DNA of 64,000 bases from Vulcanimicrobiota bacterium (lineage in GTDB: Bacteria > Vulcanimicrobiota > Vulcanimicrobiia > Vulcanimicrobiales > Vulcanimicrobiaceae), in NCBI GenBank assembly GCA_963714015.1, contig OY970223.1, positions 3,328,001-3,392,000 on the forward strand, written 5' to 3'. The notes beneath the pieces were generated by a model that did not search any database, was not told where the DNA came from, and was given only the letters and a program-made list of their open reading frames with translations. Below, piece after piece: positions 23,110 to 34,138 of this stretch. Position 1 is the stretch's first letter. Every line of letters begins with the position of its first letter. A program made the position numbers and the translations under genes.

Positions 23110-24580
23110 TTGCGAATGTTCGATCATTCAGTACTGATTGCCGGGGCTGGTCCAACGGGTCTAATGTTGGCAGGTGAGTTGGCGTTAGCCGGCGTCGACG
23201 TTGCGGTTGTGGAGCGCCGTGCCGGCAGAGAGGTCGGCGGCTCACGCGCGGGCGGTCTGCACGCACGCACGATCGAGATCCTCGACCAGCGTGGAATCGC
23301 GGATCGATTTCTCGCTGAAGGACAACGGGTTCAAGTTGCGACTTTTGCGCGAACCACTTTGGATATTAGCGACTTTCCCACCAGGCACAACTATGGTCTC
23401 GGACTATGGCAGAACGACTTCGAACGCATATTGGCCGGTTGGGTGGAAGAACTTCATGTGCAGATCTACTGCGGCCGTGAAGTAACCGGCTTCGCGCAAC
23501 ACGCCGAGGGGGTCAATGTCTCGATGAGCGACGGCGAATCCTTGCGCGTGCAATATCTCGTCGGATGCGACGGCGCGCGCAGTACGATCCGTAAGGCAGC
23601 CGGCATCGAATTCGCCGGATGCGATCCGACCACGAGCTGGCTGATCGCCGAAGCCCAAATGGCGGACGAACCCGAATGGGGCATGCGCTATGATGCCCTG
23701 GGCATGCACGGAATCGGAAAACTGAAGAATGGGACCGCGCGAATCGTTGTGAACGAGAAGCACCTCGTACGCGCGGAACCCACTCTTCGAGATTTGAGCG
23801 AGGCGCTCATCACGGTCTACGGGACCGACTTCGGAGTCCATAGTCCTACACGGCTCGCTCGATTCAACGATATGGCACGACAAGCCGCGGCCTACCGCGA
23901 CGGACGCGTTTTGCTGGCGGGCGATGCGGCGCACGTGCATTCGCCCATAGGTGGGCAGGGGCTCAACCTCGGCGTACAAGATGCAGTAAACCTAGGATGG
24001 AAACTCGCTCAAGTCGTCAAGCGAACATCGCCGGATAAGCCTGCTCGATACCTACCATGCCGAGCGCTACCCGATCGGCGCACGCGTTCTGCGTAATAGC
24101 ATGGCGCAAATCGCGCTGCGCCGCTCAGACGAGCGCACTAACGCCTTGCTCGAATCAATGTCGGAGCTCCTAAGCATGGACGAGCCTCGCAAACGGTTCG
24201 GAGCGATGATGTCCGGTCTGGACATCCGTTACGACTTCGGCGAAGGGCATCCGTTGCTCGGGCGTCGCATGCCCGATCTCGACGTGATCAGCAAACGCGG
24301 TCCGCTGCGGATCTATACGCTATTGCACAAAGCCCAGCCCGCGCTGCTTAATTTCAATGCGAACGACGGCACTTTCGACATCATGCATTGGAGGGATCGC
24401 GTTCAGTCGATCGACTGCAGGTATGATGGCGCCTGGGAGCTTCCGGCATTGGGAAACGTCGCGGCTCCTTCTGCTGTGTTAATTCGGCCGGACGGACACG
24501 TGGCATGGGTGGGAGATTCATCTGGCGAGGGGCTCACCGATGCGCTAACGACGTGGTTTGGACCGCCCCGCGCCGCATAG
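23110..24580 (+). CDS. FAD-dependent monooxygenase, Rox (rifamycin monooxygenase)-related; frameshift near 24040
   Basis: GAGPTG, GCDG.RS, GTDFGVHSP, GDAAHVHSPIGGQGLNLGVQDA, RYDFGEGHPLLGRR, RPDGHVAWVG. Confidence 0.8.
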
Positions 24581-24822
24581 CTGCATCGGCTTCCGCAACG
24601 CGGGCCGGGCCCGCAATTGCGGTGTCTCGCCTGACCGCGATCGCGACCGCTTGGACGCAAGCTCGGGCTGAAGGATCACGATCGATACGGAAGATGGAAG
24701 GCGAAGGTTCTTTTGTTTTAATGGGACGGTTGCTGGTGTAACTACGTAAAGCAATCGCGCTTTCGCGAGGTCAGCTATCAGAGAAGGCTCAAAACAAGGT
24801 TGCTCCGCTTCGAACGCGATTT

Positions 24823-25239
24823 TCAATCACAGTTGCCGACTCCGGTTATCCCTTTGAACTTAACCTCTTGAGCCGGCGTTATGGGGCTGGCGACTAGGCG
24901 AAAATTGCTTGGATTGCGGTTGATTGGAACCACCGTCACCATAATCACTGCGCCAACGTGAAGCCAGTGCGGCACGGCGTTTGCCATGATGATCCGTTCG
25001 GTGTCTATATTTTCAAAGCCGTTGCACCACGGCCGATAATGAACCCTCAACACCAGCGAATCGTCCGCCTTGCGTTCGATCCTATCTATGCGTACGGGGT
25101 ATGACGGAAGATCAGCCGGAGCACTGGACGCATACGATCCGTATACGGTGGGATGCTGTGCGGCAAATGCGCAATCAACAGATGCGATGGCCGCGAGGAG
25201 CACGATACGTAATATTACAAGTACTGGCGACGGTATCAT
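24823..25239 (-). CDS. Hypothetical exported protein
   Basis: Signal-like segment after an internal Met of ORF 24823..25338. Confidence 0.4.
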   Translation of the reverse strand: MIPSPVLVILRIVLLAAIASVDCAFAAQHPTVYGSYASSAPADLPSYPVRIDRIERKADDSLVLRVHYRPWCNGFENIDTERIIMANAVPHWLHVGAVIMVTVVPINRNPSNFRLVASPITPAQEVKFKGITGVGNCD

Positions 25240-25652
25240 GGTAACCACTAAACGATTATGGAAGATAGAACGTCCCGGTCCACGCGGCATCGGTTCCAGA
25301 TCCCGTGTGAACGGGTGAGCTGCAGCCACGCGGTTCAACTGTAGGCATCGGCGGTGTCCCCGTAACCGTTACCGTGTAGACGCCCGTTTGCGCAGACGCG
25401 GACGAGTACGCCCCGGCTCCGCATTTGCGGAAGTAACGACTTGAGCTCCAGCGCATGCGCTTAACTATGTCATATCGATATGCATAAGTAAACAAATATT
25501 GAACCGGCGGCACCGATCGTTTGAGGAAGTTCTGGAGACCGACGTTCCTGTTGCAAGCGCCGCCATGCCGGACAAGCCTTGTTTGAATCCGAAATGCGCG
25601 TCCCTGCGGCTTCTGTTGCTTTGAGCCGAATTGGTTGACCGGAGCCATTCGA

Positions 25653-26573
25653 TCAGCCAGGTGCCGCTGTGCCGGCTTGGAGTGAATGCGCTTCGTACGC
25701 AAGCTTTGCGGCATACAGATCTTCTACGGCAAGTCCGCCGGACTTGAAAATCGTCGTCGCCGTCTTCGGCGGCGGCGGCACGGAGCAGGCAAAGATCTCC
25801 CCGATTTCCGCGTACGGCTGAGCGCCCGACAGGATCACGTCGCCGGATTCCTTGGCCATTGCTTCGCGCGAATCCACGACGACGACGTTTGCCATCGCTT
25901 CGTCGTCGAGTTCCCGCCAGTCCGGATGGTTCGCTCCGACCGCATTGACGTGCGCACCCGGCTTAAGCCACTCTCCGCGGAGCACCGGCTGCTGTGAACT
26001 CGTCGCAACGACGACGACGTCCGCTCCGCGCACAGCGGCTTCCGCATCGAGAGCGCGCGCATGGTGTTCGCGCGCAAAGCGCGCGGCATGTGCCGAATTG
26101 CGGCTCCAGACACGGATGTCCTCGAACGTTGCGACGTGCGAGAGCGCTTCCAGATGCGCGCGGGCCTGAACGCCGCTCCCAAGAATGCCGAGCACGTGCG
26201 CTTCAGGCGGCATGAGATAGCGCGTGATGGCCGCTGAGACTGCGGCCGTGCGCATCTCGGTGATGAGCCGTCCGTCCATCGCCGCCAGCGGCGCACCGGT
26301 CCGCGTATCGAACAGCACGATCGTCGCCTGGTGCGTGGGAAATTCGCTGCCTTCGTTGGCGGGATAGAAGCTCACGAGCTTAGCGCCCATGACGTCATCC
26401 GCTACAGCGGGCATGACCCCGAGGAAACGGCGATGTTCTTCGACTGTAATGACCGAGCGCACCGGCTGGCGGACTTTGCCGGCTGAAAATGCGGCAAGCG
26501 CGTTTTCCATCGCTGCGATCAAAGCGTCCCAGTCCAGAAGCGCGCGAATCCGATTCTCATCGAGATAAATCAT
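25653..26573 (-). CDS. Ornithine cyclodeaminase / mu-crystallin family protein
   Basis: ITEMRTAAVS, GSGVQA, GAHVNAVG, FKS.GLAVED. Confidence 0.92.
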   Translation of the reverse strand: MIYLDENRIRALLDWDALIAAMENALAAFSAGKVRQPVRSVITVEEHRRFLGVMPAVADDVMGAKLVSFYPANEGSEFPTHQATIVLFDTRTGAPLAAMDGRLITEMRTAAVSAAITRYLMPPEAHVLGILGSGVQARAHLEALSHVATFEDIRVWSRNSAHAARFAREHHARALDAEAAVRGADVVVVATSSQQPVLRGEWLKPGAHVNAVGANHPDWRELDDEAMANVVVVDSREAMAKESGDVILSGAQPYAEIGEIFACSVPPPPKTATTIFKSGGLAVEDLYAAKLAYEAHSLQAGTAAPG

Positions 26574-26602
26574 GGCGTCCCCGGTAAAGTTACTGCCCGA
26601 GT

Positions 26603-27079
26603 CTACAGAATCGTCCGAATGGCTGAAGCGATCTGCGCTCGGTCCATTTGACCGACGACGATTTTCGCAATGACACCCGAACGATTGATGAAGACGTGCA
26701 CGGGCAAGCCGTTTACGGAATACTGCGTCTGCAGCTTGCCGTCGTCAACCACCGCAGGGTAGACCAAGTGATATTTCGCGATGAACTGCTGCGCTTTCTT
26801 CCGGCTCTCCAACTCGTCGACGCCGACGATCTGGAGGCCGCGAGCGGCATAAATCTTTTGGAAATCGTTGATGTACGGCGCTTCCTCATTGCACGGGTCG
26901 CACCAAGTGGCGAAGAAGTTCAAGTAGACGGGGCGCCCGCGCAGCGAATCCAGCGTAAGCTGTGTCCCCGAAGCCGTCGGCTCGGTCCAATTCGGCGCAA
27001 CGGCTCCCGTGCGTGCGGTGCTGGACGCGCTTGCACATGCTGCTAATGCTGCAACGCTCAGCGCCGCAGCAAGGGTCAC
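26603..27079 (-). CDS. TlpA/ResA-family thiol-disulfide reductase lipoprotein
   Basis: NFFATWCDPC; lipobox LAAC; GLP. Confidence 0.88.
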   Translation of the reverse strand: MTLAAALSVAALAACASASSTARTGAVAPNWTEPTASGTQLTLDSLRGRPVYLNFFATWCDPCNEEAPYINDFQKIYAARGLQIVGVDELESRKKAQQFIAKYHLVYPAVVDDGKLQTQYSVNGLPVHVFINRSGVIAKIVVGQMDRAQIASAIRTIL

Positions 27080-27080
27080 T

Positions 27081-27998
27081 CTAACCGTACGAAGGATACG
27101 CAACGGCTTGCAGATCGCGCTGCATTTGGTCCAGAAGCGCATCCGCGCTGCCGAATCGCTCTTGATCGCGAACGAATCGCAGCTCTCGAAGCCAAAGTTC
27201 TTTGCCATAGATCGTCTCCTCGAAATCCCGCAGCCAGGCCTCGACCGTGCGCTGCGTCCCGTCGAACGTCGGATTGGTCCCGATGGACAGGAGCGCCGCG
27301 TAGTCCCGGCCGTCGAAGCGCGCCACCGCAGCATAAACCCCGTCTTTCGGTAAGAGTTTCCGCGGCACGCAGATGTTAGCGGTCGGAAAACCCAAGTCGT
27401 GACCGCGGCCGGCACCCAACTCGACCGCACCCCGCAGCTCGTAGCTATGTCCCAGCAGCTCGTCCGCGCGCGTCAAGTCGCCCTTCTCGATAGCGAGCCG
27501 GATGCGCGTGCTCGAGATACGCTCGCCGCTCTCGTCGAGTGTAGCATCCAGAGCAGCGAACTCGACCCCGCATTCCGCAAATACGCGCTGCATGAGTTGC
27601 GTATCTCCCTTGCGCAAGTGTCCAAAGCGGAAACTCTTTCCGACGACGACTCCCCGAACGCCGAGATCGCGCACGAGCGTATCGCGCAGGAAATGCTCGG
27701 CCTCTTGTGAGGCAATTCGCTCGTCGAACCCCGGCACAAAACATTCGTCATATCCGGCGCTTGCGATCAGGTCGACGCGCTCCTCGAGCGTCGTTATCAG
27801 CGGCGGCTCCGTCCCCGGCCGCAGGTATGATGCCGGATGATTCGCAAACGTCAATGCCGCCGTCTTCCATCCAAGCTTGCGCATCCGCATAACTTGGCGC
27901 GCGATGTCGCGATGCCCGCGATGCATCCCGTCGAAAAACCCGATCGAAATCACGAGCGGTTCTTTGGAATCACGCCGAAGTTCGTGATGCAGTTTCAC
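27081..27998 (-). CDS. ribF: Riboflavin kinase / FAD synthetase
   Basis: IGFFDGMHRGH, ISSTRIR, GFPTAN, IGTNPTF. Confidence 0.95.
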   Translation of the reverse strand: MKLHHELRRDSKEPLVISIGFFDGMHRGHRDIARQVMRMRKLGWKTAALTFANHPASYLRPGTEPPLITTLEERVDLIASAGYDECFVPGFDERIASQEAEHFLRDTLVRDLGVRGVVVGKSFRFGHLRKGDTQLMQRVFAECGVEFAALDATLDESGERISSTRIRLAIEKGDLTRADELLGHSYELRGAVELGAGRGHDLGFPTANICVPRKLLPKDGVYAAVARFDGRDYAALLSIGTNPTFDGTQRTVEAWLRDFEETIYGKELWLRELRFVRDQERFGSADALLDQMQRDLQAVAYPSYG

Positions 27999-27999
27999 T

Positions 28000-28875
28000 C
28001 TAGACGAAAACCTTGCGGGGTGCCAGCAACGCGCCGTGCATTTCGCCGACGCCCACGAGCGTACGCGATTCGTCGCGAACGAAGACGTGCTTTCCGGCGG
28101 CTCCGGCCGGCAGCGGCACGACGCGTCCGGCGCGGAAATCGGCCGAATGACGCAGATCCAGAACGATCGTCGGAAACGGAATGATGTGTTCCGGCGCGAT
28201 GAGCGCCTCGCGCGGTTCCAGAGCGATCTCGTCGAGCGTGCGGCTCTCGAACAATACAAACGGTCCCGAAGCTTCGCGCACCAGCGCCCCCATGTGCGCC
28301 GGCAGATCGATCGCGCGGCCCAGATCCTCGCACAGCGTGCGCACGTACGTGCCCTCGCTGCATGCGATTCTCAAACGCGCCGCACCCATACGATCGATTC
28401 CCAGCAGCGTAATGCCGTAAACGGTGATCGACCGAGCTTTGCGTTCGACTACGCGACCTTCACGCGCAAGCTGATAAAGACGCTTTCCCTCGTGGTGTAC
28501 TGCGCTGTACATCGGCGGAATCTGATCGCGTTTGCCGACGAAGTCCGGCAGTATTTGCGAGAGCTTGCGCTCCCAGCCGTGCGGAACCGCTTTGCATTCC
28601 ACTTCTTCACCGAGTGCATCCCCAGTCGTCGTCGACCGCCCCGGTACGAGTGTGCAGACGTACGCTTTGCGCTGATCGGTCAGCAGCGGAATCAAACGTG
28701 TCGCTTTACCGACCGCAATGGGTAAAACCCCGGCCGCTTGCGGGTCCAGCGTGCCCAAATGACCAACGCCGATGTGCCGGTCGCGGGAATAGATCGCGTA
28801 AATGCGACGCAGGCGCGCCACGACTTGCGCCGAGCTGGGACCGGCGGGTTTGAAGACGTTGATGAAACCGAGCAC
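28000..28875 (-). CDS. truB: tRNA pseudouridine(55) synthase
   Basis: GHLGTLDP, QIPPMYSA, CSEGTYVRTL. Confidence 0.95.
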   Translation of the reverse strand: MLGFINVFKPAGPSSAQVVARLRRIYAIYSRDRHIGVGHLGTLDPQAAGVLPIAVGKATRLIPLLTDQRKAYVCTLVPGRSTTTGDALGEEVECKAVPHGWERKLSQILPDFVGKRDQIPPMYSAVHHEGKRLYQLAREGRVVERKARSITVYGITLLGIDRMGAARLRIACSEGTYVRTLCEDLGRAIDLPAHMGALVREASGPFVLFESRTLDEIALEPREALIAPEHIIPFPTIVLDLRHSADFRAGRVVPLPAGAAGKHVFVRDESRTLVGVGEMHGALLAPRKVFV

Positions 28876-29123
28876 TACTTCGGCTTGGAGATATAGAGCT
28901 GCTCGCGCCGCGCGAAGCGGCCGTAGTAATAGACGACTACGCCCGCGATTGCCAGAATTGCGCCGGCGATTACGCCGCGCACGGTGAAGATTGCGGATGC
29001 AGCGATGCATAAAACGCCGACCAGCGTCACGACGATTCCCCAACGCATGAACGGCGTCTCGCGCCTGGTTCCGAAAAGCATTCCGGCAGCCAGAACGACC
29101 GCTACGATGAGGAGCAGTCTCAT
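28875..29123 (-). CDS. Small 3-TM membrane protein
   Basis: Hydrophobic 82-aa ORF with 1-nt overlaps on both neighbours. Confidence 0.7.
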   Translation of the reverse strand: MRLLLIVAVVLAAGMLFGTRRETPFMRWGIVVTLVGVLCIAASAIFTVRGVIAGAILAIAGVVVYYYGRFARREQLYISKPK

Positions 29124-30106
29124 TAGAGTCCTTCGGCTACGAGCGCCTCGTCGACCGCTCGCACGCCGGCTGCAAGCGAACCGTTGTACGTCAATCCGGA
29201 AGCGCGGAAATGACCGCCGCCGCCCAAGCGCGCTGCCGCAGCCTGCACGTTGACGCGTCCGCTGCTGCGCAAACTCACGCGCAGTTCGCCGTCATAGTCC
29301 TTGAACAGCGCGGCAACCTCGACGCCTTCGACGGATCGCAGGTGATTGACGATCTCTTCCGTGTCTTCGCCGTCGGCCTTGCACTGCGCCAGCATTGCCT
29401 GGTCGACGTACGACCAGATGTAGCGCCCGTCATGTTCGACCTTCGCTTCGCCCAGCGCGCGGCCGAGCAGCTTGAGCGCTGCAAGCCGTTTGTTCGCGAA
29501 GATTTCTTGCGTGATCGCTTCTTTGTCCGCACCAAGCCGCATCAGCTCGGCGGATAGGCTCAGCACGTCCGGCGTCGTGTTGCTGTGAATGAAGCCGCCC
29601 GTATCGGTCATGATCGTCGTCAGCAGACACGTCGCGATATCGGCGTCAATCTTCACGCCGAGCTTTCGCAGCAAATGCATAACGCAAGTACCGGTCGAGC
29701 ACTCGTGCGTGAGCACATAGTTCAGAGCGCCGAAGTGATCGTTCCCCAAATGGTGATCGATATCCAAAATGTTCTCGCGCCGCAGTTCGGGCAAGAATTC
29801 TCCCGCGCGCGACGGGCTGCTCATGTCGCCGAAGACCCAAAGCGCATCTGACGGCAGATCGGAGGGAATCTCACGCGAAACGAACTGCGTATCGGCCAGA
29901 AACCGCAGATTGCGCGGAACCGGATCCTGTTGGAAGTAATGCACGCGCTTGCCGAGTTTTTTCAGTGCAAGTCCGAGCGCCAGCCCTGCTCCCAGCGTGT
30001 CGCCGTCAGGTTTCACGTGGCTAACCATCACAAAAGCCGCACGCTTGAGCAGCTCCGCCACGACCTCTTCCGTCGTTGCGCTAACCTTGCTCGGGTTTTG
30101 AATCAC
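29123..30106 (-). CDS. nrnA: DHH-family phosphoesterase (oligoribonuclease/PAP phosphatase)
   Basis: H..PDGD, IDHH, DTGGF, GGGH. Confidence 0.9.
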   Translation of the reverse strand: MIQNPSKVSATTEEVVAELLKRAAFVMVSHVKPDGDTLGAGLALGLALKKLGKRVHYFQQDPVPRNLRFLADTQFVSREIPSDLPSDALWVFGDMSSPSRAGEFLPELRRENILDIDHHLGNDHFGALNYVLTHECSTGTCVMHLLRKLGVKIDADIATCLLTTIMTDTGGFIHSNTTPDVLSLSAELMRLGADKEAITQEIFANKRLAALKLLGRALGEAKVEHDGRYIWSYVDQAMLAQCKADGEDTEEIVNHLRSVEGVEVAALFKDYDGELRVSLRSSGRVNVQAAAARLGGGGHFRASGLTYNGSLAAGVRAVDEALVAEGL

Positions 30107-30453
30107 GCGTTGCCACCGGCGGCGTCGCGCAGCCTCTTACTCAGATTGATGGCGCGCTCAGTGGAACGATCCTCGACGAACACCAATTCCGGCGTATGGC
30201 GCAATTTGATCTCCCGTCCAAGCTGCCCGCGCAAGAATCCGCCCGCGTGCCCGAGCGCCTCCATCGTCTGAGCGGCGACGTGCCGGTCCCCGATGATCGA
30301 CACGAAAACCTTCGCATGATGGAGATCCTGCGTAATCTCGACGCGCGTCACCGTCGTAAATCCCATCCGCGGATCTTTCAACTCCTGCGAGATCAACGTC
30401 CCCAGCACCCGTTGAATCTCATGATCGATTTTCTGCATTCTTTGGAATTTCAT
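30103..30453 (-). CDS. rbfA: Ribosome-binding factor A
   Basis: LKDPRMGFTTVTRVEIT.DL..AKVFVS; LRHTPEL.F. Confidence 0.95.
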   Translation of the reverse strand: MKFQRMQKIDHEIQRVLGTLISQELKDPRMGFTTVTRVEITQDLHHAKVFVSIIGDRHVAAQTMEALGHAGGFLRGQLGREIKLRHTPELVFVEDRSTERAINLSKRLRDAAGGNA

Positions 30454-30531
30454 AATGCTGGATTTTCCCATGCTCGAATCGCCGAAGCACCATTTCGGTG
30501 AGCCTGGCGCCGGCAACCACTGCGCCGTAGG

Positions 30532-30832
30532 GCCACTCGGAAATCCGACATCGTGTCGGATTCCTGTTCGCGCCGCATTTTCGGCAAAGTAAATTTTGAA
30601 ATCGCCATCCATGGCAGGGCCAAAAAGTCGAGCGCGCGACCCCGGCGCCCAGTGAGTCTGCACGCCGACAGCAGCCTCGCGCCGAACTGCATGAGTGGCG
30701 CGCGATGGGTTACCTGTGCCCGGGGCGCGCTCGAACTTTTTCGCGCTCGCCAGGATGGCGATTTCAAAACTTCGTTCACGCGAAAAAGTCGCGCGAACAG
30801 GAAATTCACACGATGTCGAATTTCCGAGTGGC
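30532..30832. repeat. Long imperfect inverted repeat (~110-bp arms, ~75-bp spacer), MITE-like or long RNA hairpin
   Basis: GCCACTCGGAAATCCGACATCGTGT...TTTTGAAATCGCCATCC pairs with GGATGGCGATTTCAAAA...ACACGATGTCGAATTTCCGAGTGGC. Confidence 0.85.
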
Positions 30833-30887
30833 GCCAGGGGGTATGACGGCGCTCCCGGCAAGATCGCGCGTGAGCCGCTCGCGCGAA

Positions 30888-33683
30888 TCATGCGTGAGCG
30901 AGCTCCGCTGCGATGGTCTCCGTGGTGAAGGCTTCGACGACGTCGCCGACTTTGAGGTCTTGGTAGCGGGCGACTTGGATGCCGCATTCGTAGCCTTCGG
31001 CGACTTCGCGCACGTCGTCTTTGAAGCGGCGCAGCGATTCCAGTTCGCCTTCGAAGATGACGACCGAATCGCGCAGGACGCGCACTTTGGCGTTGCGTTG
31101 GATCTTGCCGTTCTTGACGTAGCAGCCGGCGATGGAGCCGACCTTGCTGACCTTGAATATCTCGCGCACTTCGGCATGGCCGAGCGTGACTTCGCGCGTG
31201 ATTGGAGCCAGCATGCCGCGCATGGCTTTCTTGAGATCGTCTTCCACTTCGTAGATGACTTGGTACAAGCGCAGATCGACGGCTTCGTTGTCTGCAAGGC
31301 GTTTGACCGTCTCGTCGGGTCGAATGTTGAACCCGATGAGCACGGCGTTGGACGCGCTCGCAAGGTTCACGTCGTTCGGAGTGATCGCGCCGACGCCGCC
31401 GTGAATCACGCGGATGTCGACTTCCTCCGTGGAGAGCGACTCCATGCGCGCGCGCAGCGCTTCGACCGAGCCTTGACCGTCGGCTTTGACGATGATGTTC
31501 AGCGTCTTCTTGCCTTCGGCGGGCATCGTCATGAACGTCTCGAGGGAGACGCGCTGTCCGCCGCTTGCAGCGATGCGCACGTCGCGGCGGCGCGTCTTGC
31601 GCTTCTCGGCCGTTTCACGCGCGACGCGTTCGTCGCTGACGACCATGAGCGTGTCGCCCGCAGAAGGCACATCTTGCAGACCCATAATCTCGACCGGAAT
31701 CGAGGGGCCGGCTTTCTTGACCTGTTTGCCCTTGTCGTCGACGAGCGCGCGAACTTTACCGAACGTTCCGCCGACGACGACGATGTCGCCGACGCGCAGC
31801 GTGCCGTTCTGAATCAGCGCGGTCGCAACGGCGCCGCGGCCTTTGTGCAAAGCGGCTTCGATCACGACGCCCGTGGCGCGGCGAGTCTTGTTCGCTTTCA
31901 AATCGCGGATGTCGGCTTCGAGCAGCACCGTTTCGAGCAGCTGATCGATCCCGATGCCGTTTTTCGCGGAGACCGGAACCATCTCGATATTGCCGCCCCA
32001 ATCCACAGACTGCAGGCCTTCGTCGGCGAGCTGCTGTTTGACGCGATCGGGTTGAGCTTCGGGCTTGTCGATCTTGTTGACGGCAACGACGATGGGCACG
32101 CCCGCCGCTTTGACGTGTGCGATGGCTTCCTTCGTTTGCGGCATGACGCCGTCGTCGGCCGCGACGACCAAAATCGCTACGTCGGTAACTTTCGCGCCGC
32201 GCGCGCGCATCGCGGTGAACGCTTCGTGACCCGGCGTATCGATGAACGTGATCTTGCGATCGTTCTTTTCGACGGTGTATGCGCCGATGCGCTGCGTGAT
32301 GCCGCCGGCTTCGCCCCCGGCGACGTTGGCGCTGCGGATCTTGTCGAGCAGCGAGGTCTTGCCGTGGTCGACGTGACCGAGCACCGTGACGACGGGCGGA
32401 CGCGTCGTCATCATCTCGGGCTTGTCTTCTTCTTGCTCGACGGTCACTTCTTCGCCGGCTTCCTTGACGACGGCGCTGAATCCGAACTTCTTCGCGACGT
32501 TGATCGCGATGTCGCTCGAGATGTTCTGGTTGATTGTGGCCATCGTGCCCATCTTGATGAGCTCTTTGATGACGTCTTTGGCCGGAACGATCATCGACGT
32601 GGCAAGTTCTTGAACAGTCAGAAGATCGGGAATCTCGATCGCTTCCAGCTTAACCGCAGCGGGCGCGGCGGTTTCGACGCGTTTTTTGCGGTTGCGCTCT
32701 TTTTCGAGCAGCAGCTCCTTCTCGCGATCTTTCTTGTTGACTTTGTCGTCCCGCTCGCGCGAACGATCGCCGGGGCGACCGCCGCCCGAACTGGGCGTGG
32801 GCGCCTCGGTCGCGGACGACGGAACGCCGGGCCGCGGTGTAAACGGACGTTGTCCCGGCGGCGTCAGCGGCCGGAATGGACCATTGCCCTGGGGCCTGCG
32901 CGGCGGAGCGGGCGTAATGAGACGCCCGGGCTGCGGAGTCCGCGCCTGACCTGAGGCGGCTGGACCGTTGGCGGCACCGGCCTGCCCGGGGCGTGGCGCC
33001 ACGCCCGGACGGCCCGGAAGGCCGACTTGCGGTCCGGGTGAGGCCGACGCAGAGGTTGTCGGGGGCGGCGCCTGCCGGCGCGGCGGAAGCACGGACGATT
33101 GGCCTGAGGGCACCGGTCGCAGACGCGACACGGGCGAATGCTGCGCGGGCGGCCGCGAAATAGGTGCACTCACCGGAGGCGGCGCGGGCCGGCGCGCCGG
33201 CGGCGCGGGTTTGGCAGCGGGCTGTCCGTCAGACGGGGGTTCGGGAGCCTTGGCGGCCGGAGCGGCCTCCGAAGGCGGCGCTGCCGGCGCTGCGGGCTGC
33301 GCGGGCGGCTTCGTTTGAGCCGGCGCAGCGGCAACGCGGCGCGAGGTCGGTGCGACCGGTTTGAGCGTCGGAATGGGAGCCTCTGGCTCGGCCTTCGGCG
33401 GCGCGGCGGGCGGCTTTGCGGCGGCCGGAGCGGCCTTTGCGGCCTCTGAGGGTTTGGCGGGCTCCGCGGCCGGGGCAGTGGTCTGACCTGAAGATGCAGC
33501 CGGCTTGGCGGACTTTAAAAGTACGCTTCGCACGAGGTCTGCGATGTGATCGGGAACGACGCTGAGCTGGTTCTTCGCTTCGAAGATTCCGCCTAAGCGC
33601 TCGTTGAAGAGGTTAATCAGCTCTTTTGAAGTGAGCCCTACCTCTTTTGCAAGTTCAAATATTCGAACTTTTCCGGTAGCCAA
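30888..33683 (-). CDS. infB: Translation initiation factor IF-2
   Basis: [17 protein letters not shown]; long Pro/Ala-rich N-terminus. Confidence 0.98.
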   Translation of the reverse strand: MATGKVRIFELAKEVGLTSKELINLFNERLGGIFEAKNQLSVVPDHIADLVRSVLLKSAKPAASSGQTTAPAAEPAKPSEAAKAAPAAAKPPAAPPKAEPEAPIPTLKPVAPTSRRVAAAPAQTKPPAQPAAPAAPPSEAAPAAKAPEPPSDGQPAAKPAPPARRPAPPPVSAPISRPPAQHSPVSRLRPVPSGQSSVLPPRRQAPPPTTSASASPGPQVGLPGRPGVAPRPGQAGAANGPAASGQARTPQPGRLITPAPPRRPQGNGPFRPLTPPGQRPFTPRPGVPSSATEAPTPSSGGGRPGDRSRERDDKVNKKDREKELLLEKERNRKKRVETAAPAAVKLEAIEIPDLLTVQELATSMIVPAKDVIKELIKMGTMATINQNISSDIAINVAKKFGFSAVVKEAGEEVTVEQEEDKPEMMTTRPPVVTVLGHVDHGKTSLLDKIRSANVAGGEAGGITQRIGAYTVEKNDRKITFIDTPGHEAFTAMRARGAKVTDVAILVVAADDGVMPQTKEAIAHVKAAGVPIVVAVNKIDKPEAQPDRVKQQLADEGLQSVDWGGNIEMVPVSAKNGIGIDQLLETVLLEADIRDLKANKTRRATGVVIEAALHKGRGAVATALIQNGTLRVGDIVVVGGTFGKVRALVDDKGKQVKKAGPSIPVEIMGLQDVPSAGDTLMVVSDERVARETAEKRKTRRRDVRIAASGGQRVSLETFMTMPAEGKKTLNIIVKADGQGSVEALRARMESLSTEEVDIRVIHGGVGAITPNDVNLASASNAVLIGFNIRPDETVKRLADNEAVDLRLYQVIYEVEDDLKKAMRGMLAPITREVTLGHAEVREIFKVSKVGSIAGCYVKNGKIQRNAKVRVLRDSVVIFEGELESLRRFKDDVREVAEGYECGIQVARYQDLKVGDVVEAFTTETIAAELAHA

Positions 33684-33853
33684 ATTCTGCCTTTCACGTT
33701 GCAGGCGTGTAAAATCCCTCGCGCTGAGCCGAGGGTGCCTGCATCTGCCCTCAGTTCATGTCACGCGCCTCCCGCTCTCCGCGCGCCCGCACGGAGACCG
33801 CAAAACGATTACGCATTGTGCATTTTGAACGTCATGTCGATTGAATCAAACGG

Positions 33854-34138
33854 TTAGCCTAGTTGTAACCCGTATTCGCCGGCTGCGGATGCAAGCCCCG
33901 GATACTTCTTATTTTTCTCCACTTTGCGAACGCATCCGGCCGAGCAAAGGTAGACTCCCCTGCCGGGCTGCCGCTTCGACCCGGCGTCCGGCTGCCACTG
34001 CCGAGGGCCCGCACGTACGAACCGCTGCATCAGCGCCTGGGGTTTTCGCTGCCGGCACCCCGCGCACTGCCTGACGCCGACCTCGCCGCGGCGGGCGGGA
34101 CGCTCGCCACTACGGCGCGCAGAGGCCTTAGCCTTCAT
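33854..34138 (-). CDS. ylxR: YlxR (DUF448) RNA-binding protein
   Basis: R.C.GC...GRGVYLC...C; sits between nusA and infB. Confidence 0.85.
   Translation of the reverse strand: MKAKASARRSGERPARRGEVGVRQCAGCRQRKPQALMQRFVRAGPRQWQPDAGSKRQPGRGVYLCSAGCVRKVEKNKKYPGLASAAGEYGLQLG

Noticed and set aside
30454..30987. N-terminal extension of RbfA
   Set aside because: RbfA similarity starts at 30453; the extension runs through the inverted repeat and overlaps infB.
30705..32954. 749-aa plus-strand ORF
   Set aside because: Antisense shadow of infB in GC-rich DNA.
33684..33853. ncRNA or L7Ae-like gene upstream of infB
   Set aside because: No suitable ORF and only weak hairpins.
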